Source: Octopus sinensis
Taxonomy: Eukaryota
Direction: 5' to 3'
Assembly: GCF_006345805.1 (NCBI RefSeq)
Contig: NC_043011.1
Span: 19,294,464 to 19,358,463, forward strand
Length of the DNA stretch: 64,000 bases
Positions 27,692 to 38,618 of this stretch are shown one piece after another. How positions within the stretch are numbered: the stretch's first letter is position 1; every line of letters starts with the position of its first letter. The notes under the pieces are model-generated. The model saw only the letters and a program-made list of their open reading frames with translations. It had not been told where the DNA came from and ran no database searches. Both the position numbers and the translations under genes were made by a program.

Positions 27692-27878
27692 TTTATTACT
27701 GTTGTTGTTGTTGTTCAGGTCACTGCTTATAAAACGAACTTGGAATCTTGGAGTTAGTAGCCCGCGCTCTTAACCACCATGCCATATGCCCATGGGCATA
27801 TGGCATAGTGGAAGAGGACAAATACCCGTCGAATGTAAATAATGTACATAATTCCTCTTCTCGTAAATATAGAACTGT
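27425..27878 (-). mobile_element. tRNA-headed SINE with (AAT/AAC)n spacer and hammerhead-type tail, plus an inverted partial copy (27793-27878) at its 5' end
   Basis: Minus head GGGCATATGGCATGGTGGTTAAGAGCGCGGGCTACTAACTCCAAGATTCCAAGTTCG. Tail GACAC-CTGATGA-AGACTG..TAGCT-GAAA-CGTGTT (27470-27514). 28-bp perfect palindrome at 27779-27806. Homologous to 49029-49320. Confidence 0.8.
27580..27715. repeat. (GTT)/(ATC)/(ATT)n compound trinucleotide tract inside the SINE
   Basis: Direct inspection. Confidence 0.95.
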
Positions 27879-29269
27879 AAGATTTTAACAGTGCAGCTAC
27901 AACAACAAAAACAACTAGTACTAATACTAATACTATTACTTTTTGTTACTTCAGAGTAGCTGCTGATTTTGTGGATGAGGACGGCGGTTTTCCTGTTGAT
28001 GATTGAATCTTTTTCTGCGTGGAACATCGGTGCTGCTGTTGCTGTTATTGTTGTGGCGTAGAATGTTATAATTCGGAGCAATAGCTTAACTTAAAATATT
28101 TTCATCCCATCCATCATTTCTGTTGACTAGCTAGCATTAATTGATGTGCGGCTATTCAACATTAATCAAAGATACCTTTTCATTGAAAACTGTGCCATGT
28201 GGATTGACAACAAAACACCCCAACAAGATACCTTACACTCTAAGTCGGTTTAATAACAATAGTATTCTATTTGAAAAAAATCAAGTCACAAATACACCGA
28301 ACTGCCAGTTGTGGATGTTTATCCCCAACTGGGACATTAGTAAAAATTTGTGAGTTGCAAACCTGGCTGTTTTAACTCTGGCTATAAATAGTAAATACTA
28401 TGTTCCTTAGTTATGTTTGACATATCTATACATCTAAATAAGACAACTTTACTGTAATACTCTACAAAGTTGTATAAAAATATACTGCATAAATGTTATT
28501 TTTATATGACATATTTTTGTATAATTGAGTATTAGCATTTTTGAAATAAATACATATCCGCGAGTATATACTGGCGAATGAAATTTGTAATTAATACAAA
28601 TACCAATACATAATTAAAGTATACAAAACATGTATTATAAGGTTACCATTATACTAGTATAGTCAAATATTGATTATTTCACAAATATTGTGAAATAGAA
28701 TTGAATGATATACAGTTCACATTGTATAAAATCTTGACTCATTCTCATCAGAGTTAAAATCTAAATCTTCAGAATATGTAATGCACATTCAATGTAGTTG
28801 TTGTTATAAGTTAAATATTCATAGAGTTGTTTGAAATTATATAAACCGTCGATCATAGTGTATGAATAAGTGTACTTTGTACACAGTATGTACTTTGTGT
28901 GTTTACGTATGTCTGTATAGCGGGGCATGTGTATATGGCGGCGTGCCTTTATCTAATATACCACATTTTATGCACTCGTAGTACTAAATATCACCTATAA
29001 ATGTGGATAAAGAAATTCCTTGAAGACAGCGCCGCTATTTACGTATACAATAATCTACAAGTGTTGAAGAATCTACTCATTTTCAGTTTTCCTTATATAC
29101 ATCTGTTATATCTAAACAGGAGTCCAAGATTTAAACCTAGTCAACCCTACAAAAACTTATGTACATATCACTTGGTACGTACACTTGTATGGTTCAAAAC
29201 TTAAGAGATTTATCAACGTTTTACTACAAGCATTTTTTATCTAATCAACAAAATGTATGAGTCATTCTT

Positions 29270-29372
29270 AAAAGTTGATATCTACGTCAAAGGTTACGTG
29301 CTGGTTTAGCCCGCCTGGCAAAGTATCTAGCAGTAATTCTTCCGTCTTTACGTTCAGAGGTCAAATACCACC
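29270..29372 (+). mobile_element. Family-B SINE head fragment
   Basis: TTTAGCCCGCCTGGCAAAGTATCTAGCAGTAATTCTTCCGTCTTTACGTTCAGAGGTCAAATACCACCGAGCTCGACTT resembles the reverse complement of 6280-6360. Confidence 0.55.
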
Positions 29373-29619
29373 GAGCTCGACTTATGTGTGTGTGTGTTAA
29401 GGAACACACACACACACTCATATATATATACACATATATGCTAAACATGTATTATACATATGATGATATATGTATATCTCTCTGAGGTGCACACGGCAGG
29501 TTTTGGCAGTTATTTCGAAGTTTTGGTCGCCTTTTTCAGATTTTAAAGCATATTTAATCTGTAGAGGTAAAAACAGAGAGCACACATATACCTATATATA
29601 TGAGTAAATGCACATATAT

Positions 29620-29667
29620 TTGTGTGTGTGTGTATGTGTGTGTGTCTGTGTGTGTGTCTGTGTGTGT

Positions 29668-29725
<58 letters not shown>
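29620..29725. repeat. (GT)n microsatellite
   Basis: Direct inspection. Confidence 0.97.
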
Positions 29726-29728
<3 letters not shown>

Positions 29729-30491
29729 TTCATGAGACCTTCCTGATATTCAGTAGGTGACTTATGTTTGCTACATTCGTTTTAGAAAATTATTGGGTTC
29801 TTTTACTATTGATCGGGTATATTCAAGCATTGCTTATAAATACGTTTGTAAGGTTTTTGCATGTGGTCTGTTGACCCATAAAATCTATTTAAAAACTAGT
29901 TTCTCAACTCTATTTCCTGGTTTAATCTTTAGTTTTTCAGCTGTCTGTACCTTATCTAATACATTTAAACTATGTTATTTATATGTATTTTCATATACGT
30001 TTTAGAACTATTAATTTTTTCATGTTTACTGAATCTACTTTCTCTTTTTAGCCCTTACAGCTTTTTTGCTTTTTGTCTTTTGGCAAAAGTTGAGTATGTA
30101 AATTCTCTGAACTTAATTGATATGAATCAATATATCTTAATTTTAACTCATTATAAAAATTTAATGTTTCGTAGTCTCTGTCTTCCAAATATTGTACACA
30201 TAGAAAAACATTTGTATGTATAATTAGACATGGCTCTTTGGTGTAACTAGTGATCTTTCCTTGTATTGAATTGTGAATATACAGCTGCACTGAATAATGC
30301 GCTGCATGCATATTCAGACATATAAAAACTTATTATAAACTGAAATTTTTATTACATGAAGGCTGGGATACGGCCATAACCCTAACAATGACAGGTGGCT
30401 AAATGAAAATATTCACTTCTACCTTCTCACATTACATGGTTTATATACTCCTCATAAAATAATTACATCGACAAAATCTCCTTGATTTCAG

Positions 30492-30703
30492 CTGAATGAA
30501 ACTCTGCACTATTCTCCTGTGTACTGGATTACTCTGTGGGCTGTTGGTCGAGTCCACCACAGGAGTTTCCTGTGAAAGACACAGGATTCTTTGAATCCAT
30601 ATATGACACAGGAAAGGCCTAAAACTCTGTTTCATCGAGACGCCAGCCCAGCTAATACCTATACGTGTGTGCTTGTGCCCAATGATCTTGGCAAATCTGA
30701 GAG
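30492..30703 (+). other. Candidate exon with a signal-peptide-like ORF start (MKLCTILLCTGLLCGLLVESTTG), frameshifted; alternatively an ancient mariner relic
   Basis: Acceptor CTCCTTGATTTCAG|30492, ATG at 30496, TGA at 30592-30594. An alternative frame is open from 30576 to the donor GAGAG|gtatat at 30703. Confidence 0.25.
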
Positions 30704-33297
30704 GTATATCTAAAAAATAACCGAAGAACAAACTGATGTAAACCTCTGATCACAGCAACTTAATTTGAGGAATACGGCAATGCTTCACGGATTGAAATAG
30801 AAAACGCATCTCAAGTAATACCTAGAGTGAAGGCAGTCAATTGAAATTGCATGATCTTTTATGTCACATATAAGTGGGTCAGTTCTTGGCAAGACGGAGT
30901 CTACGACTTACAACACATTGATAGGAACCGATCTACAGTAAACGAAATTTGCGAAAGTACCGAGCAATAGTACTAAATCCGAGACTACGTTTATGCAAAG
31001 CGGGAATCTTTGCGGGCCGCATATAAAAATGTTTCATATGCATCAGCTGCATATTGTTATAGAAAATACCTCATTCCGTGGTGATCACAATACCCGGCTT
31101 CCAATCTATGGCATGTAAATTTTAGCTGTCTACAGGTCTTTAAATAGTTCGCATGGTAACATCTTATCTCATTATTACAATTATGTTATATAAAATATTG
31201 TAACATCTCTGCTAATGCGTTCACTTTCCAAACACTTAAATCTCTCAAAATTCCTAGTTATTAATTACAAGTTCTTACTGCTATGATGTAGTTTCTCAGA
31301 TATTCTGAAGAATGCCAAAAGGCCGACAAAAACTTTTTTGACATTTTGTTAAATATAAATCATCTTTATTTGAAATTTAAAAAAATATTATATAACAAAA
31401 TTCGATTTTGCCTTCTTTTTTTTCCTGTGAGCCAATTTCGTATTCAATAATATGAAATTATAATCCATTCTTTGTCTGAAATTCAATTTGTTTTTTAATA
31501 TTTGATCTGAAAATGATATTACTTTATATATACGAAGCAATTGCTCTACTTGAAAAAGAAAGAAATATATGAAAATATATTTTAAAGATAAAAATGCGAC
31601 AAATCACTCTCTACATTGTTTCTTTCGTACATCTTCAGTTACTCCGAAGATTTCTTGATGCACAGATTTTCTAATACAATTTATTTTTAGTTTCGAAGTT
31701 TTAGAAATTATTATGTTAATACAAAATCTAGAATTTTCCATATATGCAACATAAGTAAACATAGTACTTCGTGATAGATACACATATTCTCAGTAGATGA
31801 CAGTAGAGTGCAATAGCAGTGTTTTTACAAAGAAAAACAAAATATAAGCAAAATGTGTTTTTCTTGAATCTTAATTGTGCTCAGTATAATATCTCATGTT
31901 TTCTCTTTTGTGCAAAACAAATATTTGAATTTCTCAGGAGAATAAGTTTTAAGCTTCAAATATGAAAGAATATTTATTCAGTACGTTAATCAATACGCTA
32001 GATGGACTTAGGAATATAGCGTGTTACATCCACTAAAAGTTTTCGAAGCTCCTGTAGACAGAATATGGGATATTTTTTCGTATACAAAATATCTAATTTC
32101 ATATGACTTTAAAAAGAAAAAAAAATTGTGATCCTTTACTAAGGTGTGAACAGCAAATAGATTGGCTGAACACTCTATTCATGAAAAAGTAAGTTCCAAT
32201 ATTCAGAAAATCTTGTGTAAATGATAAGGAATGAGGAGAATAAAGTGATATGAAACAAATCGGGTTAGAAAATGCAATGCTTTAAAAAAGTGACCAGAAA
32301 ACATCTTAATTAGAGATGAAGATGTACTGTACGATATATCGCAACGACATATCGGTATTTTAAATAGGAAATGAAATTAATAATTATCAATTGAAGAATA
32401 TATCCCCTCAAAATAGCTCTTAAATCTGGTCGAAGTTTGTAAGTTATACTTCACTGAGAAGGTGAAATAAGTCAATAGCAGGCCAAGAATCTTCGCCAAA
32501 CTACAAAAGATTTGGGATGTATTCTGTTTGGTTGCACATGTGGAAATTTTAAAGTTTAGTGAAAATTATAAGATTTGGTGTACTGATGTAATTTCCCACA
32601 TACAAAATGAATATTGCTTAACTGTACACACTTATGTATACATATTCATATGCATATTTGGTCACATAAAATATGTGCTTTATATAAGTTCGTCCTTTAA
32701 TTTCAAGGATCACATGTGATTTTGTATGGAGAGTACATACAGAATCAGTACTCGGGCAGAATACTATTCTATGTTTCAAATTATCAAAATCTACACAAGT
32801 TGTGTCGAAGAGAGTAGATGACTGAATAATAAAATTGTCATGTACAATTCTTTGCTTGAATTTTGAGTTGAAGGTAACTTGCGTCAGATCCTGCGAGAGG
32901 AAACCGTTTCATATGTTATATTTGTCATTCAATATAATACGCAAACAAACATTCAAAGTAAATTTACTTTTAAAATGTCATTCACGATTGTTATTGAGAA
33001 TTATAAAACAGTTTCCATATCGTATCCAGAACACACTAATTATTGCTAAATGTTTTATACTTGAAGAAATTTGGAACATTTTAATCAGAGAAATACCATT
33101 CATATGTCAAAACATTTCTGATACAAGGCATTGCAAAACAAAATAAGAGAATATTTGCCACAGTACAGGATGTTCTAACTATTTGAATCGCTTTCGCATT
33201 CGTACAACCAAATTACAATCTGTATAAATAATCGTGATGCTAATGTGTCAGGTAAAGACGGTACATTAAATATATCAGAGTAAGAATATACACGTTA

Positions 33298-34514
33298 TCA
33301 GGTCATTAAGCATGAAGCAGTTAATCAATGAATGCACATAAATTACCATCACAATTTTGCCATTGTATCGTTAGTTTCTTTATTGCGGCTGCAACGAATT
33401 CTGAAGAGCAAGAGGTAATGAAACCACGAAAGACTGTTTTTGCATCGTCTTCAGATTTGAAGTTCTTCCTTGCAAAGCGTTGTCTAATGGCTGAAAGACG
33501 GGATAGTCAGTTGGGGCAAGATCATGGTGGATGACAGGGTACTTCCAAGTTCAGTTCCTGTAACTTGAGTAGGGGTATTTGTGCAACATGTGTTAGAGCA
33601 TTGTCTTGCAAGAGAATTGGCATGTCTCTATTGACCAATCTCGTTTGTTTAATTGCAAGTTCACTTATCATATTATCCAATTAGTTGATGCATACATCCC
33701 TTGTATTTGACTTACCAGGTCTCAGGAAGATGAAGTGGGTAATACCAGCGCTGGACCACAACAAACTTTTAACTTTTGGGGTGTATATTTGTGGCCGGCA
33801 TTATGTTTCCGCATTTCGTCTCTATCCAACCACAGTGCAGAAAGCTTGTTATTGTTGAAAACAGTCCATCCTTCATCACACGGAACAATACGATGCAAAG
33901 ACGGTTCACTTTTATGACATGACAGCGAAGACCAGCACGTTTCAAGACGGTGTGTCGTTTCATGCTCGTTTAGTTTGTGAGGTACACACTTGTCCTGCTT
34001 CTTTACCTTGCCGATTTGTTTCAGATGATCTAGTATAGTTGGAATCGAAACATCAAACCTTGAAGCTAACTCATGTGTAGTTTGAGATATATACGCTTCC
34101 ACTACAGTTTCCAGCTCCTCATTATCCACCTTGGTCTCAGGTTTACCACTGGGCTGATTATCAAGAGTAAAGTCACCAGGCCGGAATTTCTCAACCCATC
34201 GACGTAGAGTGCGCTCATTCGCCACATCTTCACCAAACAACGCATTCACTTTCGAGCTGTTTGGATGCATTGGTACCGCGACGGAACTCATATGCATAAA
34301 CGACGCGAAATTTTGTTTTATCCATGCGTTCACAAAAATTGATTTAGAAGAGAAAAAGTACGATATAATTTCACACCATGAATTGCATTTTGAAAAGTGC
34401 TGATGTAATTCTTCAATTTGGTAAAACGATGATTTGTCAGGACAAAACTTAAGAGTTAACTACTGTTAAACTTGGTGCATAAGAAAAGCGCACATTTCAT
34501 TCTTAAGGACCTGA
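33298..34514 (-). mobile_element. Near full-length degenerate mariner transposon (1217 bp)
   Basis: TIRs TCAGGTCATTAAGCATGAAG (33298, preceded by TA) and revcomp TCAGGTCCTTAAGAATGAAA (ending 34514). ORF 33722..34333 with HTH, KCVPHKL and IVPCDEGW. C-terminal remnant FKSEDDAKTVFRGFI...KLTIQWQNC. Confidence 0.93.
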
Positions 34515-34654
34515 GATTAAATTTGCAGTCGAGACCAGGCCGAATTCAAATGCATGAGACTGATTCTCAATATAGCCTCGAACTAACCAAGTAGAATATA
34601 AAGCGCCATTTAATAAAAAAAATATGAGAAGGCCATATATATATACACACATAT

Positions 34655-34710
<56 letters not shown>

Positions 34711-34820
34711 TGTGTGTGAGTGTATGCGTGTGCATGTGTGTATTCATGTATGTGTATGCATATATCTTTACACACACGCATATATATATGGCCGCAGTCA
34801 AATGACTGAAACAAGTACAA

Positions 34821-34868
<48 letters not shown>

Positions 34869-37069
34869 ATATATATTTATATATGCACATAAATATATAT
34901 TCACTCAGCAGACGTATCTCCAACAGGCGAGTAATATTGATAAGGCTTATTAACAAAAAGCACGAGAACCTACCCAACCTCCAATGTTCTGAGAACGAGT
35001 TTTTCGTGACAAATGTTTTGCACTCAATTACACACATGCGAGCGACGCTCTTTTCTCTTAGTTAGAAATGCAGAGAACCACTGATTATCTTTTTGGGAAA
35101 CTTTAACACAATAGTTCTTGTATTGGAATTTACAATATATATATATCAAAAATAATATTTGAAGTGAAAAAACTGAAAATAAAATATAGCATGAATACAG
35201 ACAGATAAACATTTCTCTTCAAGGCGCTTTTGAATTGTGGAAATGTTTCTTCATAATTTTATATTTAATAATCTAATAACATCGCTGCAAATTCTCAATT
35301 CAAAATAGCTTTATTTATTATTTATTTTATACTTTAATCATTTTTGTATCATATTAAGTTTGCTCCGTTTATAAAAAAATCAATTTATTATTTGATTTTG
35401 CTAATATGTTCAGAATGGCAACTGGTTGTGTTTAAGTATTTAAAGATTACAAATGTTCGTAAATATACGGCATTTCAGTGATATAAATGAATGTTTTAGC
35501 TTCAGTTTTATGAATATATTTAAATTTTATAATTTTTTTTTTGTATGGAGATATTTTTCATTTTATATAATCACTGAAAATTAGCTATGCTTATTTATAT
35601 GTTTGTGGAATTACAAATAAATTCTTTAAACTTAAATGCATTCTTAACTAAGAAATTCAATTTAAATGTTTACTTTCAGTATATAGGATAATGCATTCCT
35701 TGTTGCTTTATTTTCCTATGAGAACAGCAATGCAGCTCAAGTGGGCGTTTCAATGCTTCTAAAATATTTTCGTTTTCATATTAGAGAGCACAAAATGAAA
35801 ACAAATGGGAAAAAATAAATAGCAATTATCTTAATGCAAATGTATTAAGATATCTTTTGAAAATATGAATTCAAAAATATATTACAATAGACTGACTACT
35901 AGATGGAATGTATCTATAAAAAGGTTGTCTACAATTAAAAAAAAAAGAACACAGGGGAAATGTAATGCTGTTTCGATACGTAATTGCAGAAATTTCTTGT
36001 TTTCGTCTATTCTGATACTCCAGGGATATGCATCCATCTGAAATAGTTCTATAATATATCTTCTGATGTGGAATCGTCGTGTTAGCTAATGAGGTTAGAA
36101 ATGGCAGGGGTATCCCCATGAAATCACAAAGACCAGTCATAATATTGGAATGATGCGTCACATAACTTTGCCTCAGACGCATTGTTTTAAAGGAATAAGG
36201 TTCTTTATGGCAAGTAAGCACGTGATCAAGTGTAAACGAACTCAGAACTGATTTCGGGTTCCCTCAGATTAACAATAAAGTGGCAATATTTTGCTTAACA
36301 AAATAGTGTAATAATATATAATATATAATTGTTAATTTGTTGGAAGATAAAATCTCAGTATATCATTTCCTTTTCAAAATTACATTATATTCAGATATTA
36401 TCAGAAATGAAATCGATGATTTTTATATCAGACTTTTTTTGTATTACAAGTAAAGGCTAAATTAATTGTAAATATAGTTGTAAAAAACAGCGATAAACGT
36501 TGTCTTTCAGAGATCCACAGACTGACGAAGAAAATATAATATTCTTATGAATTTTACAAATACAAGTTTGACATCAATAACGAAGAAATAACTATGGATC
36601 ACCAACCAATCATATACTACAAAATATCTAGAAAGGTAAGCAACCAGCTTGTAAAGAAGTGTAATAATTTTGAAAAATTGTATACACCATCAGTTCACGT
36701 CTGTTTTTGGTTACCCTGGGTGGAGGTCTACATTGTAATAATTTCTTGCTAAAAGTATTCGTTTCACGTCCGAATATGATAAATCTAAAGTCACTGTCTA
36801 CGACAGCTATACTAGACAGCATTTGCTAAAAAGCCTTCTGCATAAAAGCAAAATAGAAGGCGTGTAATTTTGTATTAAAGTAATTAAATATCCAGAATGT
36901 CGGGAAATGCAACGTCGAAGAAGAGAAGTAACTCTGAACCAAATATATAATTCTAAACAATCGAATAATTCAGGACATACTCAGATAAAGACAATAAGAT
37001 CTCTGCACCGTTGGGGCATAACACATACAAATATCTCTCTCTCTCACACACACACACACACATATGATT

Positions 37070-37139
37070 GAAAGAATTGGAGTCAACAAGAAGGAGTACA
37101 GTTGGACAACGATTCCTTCTCGTTGACTCCAATTTATTC
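37070..37139. ncRNA. Pre-miRNA-like hairpin (unvalidated)
   Basis: AATTGGAGTCAAC-A-AGAAGGAGT pairs with ATTCCTTCT-C-GTTGACTCCAATT (22 bp, one mismatch, one G-U). A short apical stem GTT/AAC and an imperfect basal extension are also present. Confidence 0.4.
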
Positions 37140-37295
37140 TGTTATCTATTCACACACGACAGAAGCTCAAACGCAAACCAGGAACTACATGTAATACTAC
37201 TACTGGATAGCACAAGGTGAAATCTAAAGGGAGAAGAGCCTTATACTGTACACTACTACTTTCATCAGAAAATGTACCATAATTATACTCATTCT

Positions 37296-37516
37296 CTCAT
37301 TTACTCATTTACTTGTTTCAGTCATTTGACTGTGGCCATTCTGGAGCACTGCCTTTAATCGAGCAAATCGACCCCAGGACTAATTCTTTGTAAGCCTAGT
37401 ACTTATTCTATCGGTCCCTATTGCCGAACCGCTAAGTTACAGGGATGTAAACACACCACGTTGTCAAGCGATGTTATGGGAGACAAACACAACACACCAA
37501 CATACGCATATATATA

Positions 37517-37575
<59 letters not shown>

Positions 37576-37740
37576 TACGACGGGCTTCTTTCAGTTTCCG
37601 TCTATCAAATCCACTCACAAGGCTTTGGTCGGCTCGAGGCTATAGTAGAAGACACTTACCCAAGGTGCCACGCAGTGGGACTGAACTCGGGACCATGTGG
37701 TTCGTAAGCAAGCTACTTACCACACAGTCACTCCTACGGC
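37296..37740 (-). mobile_element. Family-A tRNA-derived SINE, full length, with internal (TA)n
   Basis: Head AGGAGTGACTGTGTGGTAAGTAGCTTGC...GAGTTCAGTCCC at the right end; 3' end GTCAAATGACTGAAACAAGTAAATGAGTAAATGAG. Confidence 0.92.
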
Positions 37741-37764
37741 CATATTATATGTATATATAATTTA

Positions 37765-38060
37765 AATCTTTTACTTGATTCACTCATTTCGAATGTGCCC
37801 ATGCTGGTGCAACGCCTAAACGAGTTTTAACGCATCAAACCCAGTGCTCTTTGATGTTTAAAACTATTACTTATACTCTCGATCTATTTTGCCGAACCAC
37901 TAGTTCACTAGCCTCATACAAGTCTACCAAATTTACTCACAAGGCTTTACTCAGCCGAAAGCTTTAGTAGAAGACAATTGCCCAAGGTCCCACGCTGTAT
38001 CTTTGAACCTAGAATTATTTACTTGGGAAGCAATCTACTTATCACACAGCCTTGCCTTGC
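37765..38060 (-). mobile_element. Older, internally deleted family-A SINE
   Basis: Same blocks as the adjacent copy, more diverged. Confidence 0.8.
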
Positions 38061-38107
38061 GCCTATACATACGTGTGCGTGTGTGTGCATTGATGTATGT
38101 ATATGTG

Positions 38108-38160
<53 letters not shown>

Positions 38161-38162
<2 letters not shown>

Positions 38163-38325
38163 CCAAGGAATCTAATGCGTTTAGCTTAGATTGGAGCAAT
38201 CTCAAGATTAATCAGCCGAAATTGCAACGATGATCCGGTTCTTGACTGAAGATTGAAGGCTTCGAATGACCCGTCCGTGTTTTTTGTATCGTCTTCTAAA
38301 TGTTTTCCGTTCTTGTCCCAGTTTG

Positions 38326-38330
<5 letters not shown>
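38161..38330 (+). mobile_element. Dispersed repeat homologous to the first ~170 bp of the 59.8-61.4 kb tandem unit, bounded by (TA)n
   Basis: Shared CCAAGRAATCTAATGC...TTGGAGCAA...GCCGAAATT...TGACTGAAGATTGAAGGCTTCGAATGA. Confidence 0.75.
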
Positions 38331-38371
<41 letters not shown>

Positions 38372-38504
38372 GCATGTATGTATATATGAATGTGCGTGCG
38401 TGTGTATTTCAGTCCCCTATTGATACATAAATGCACATGCACTCGCATACAACATAGTACGGAGTCAAACATACATACTCAGACGCAAAGAGGCACATAA
38501 GTAG

Positions 38505-38508
38505 ATAT

Positions 38509-38602
<94 letters not shown>

Positions 38603-38618
38603 TGATTGATAGATAGAT
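38505..38618. repeat. (GATA)n tetranucleotide microsatellite
   Basis: Direct inspection. Confidence 0.97.
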
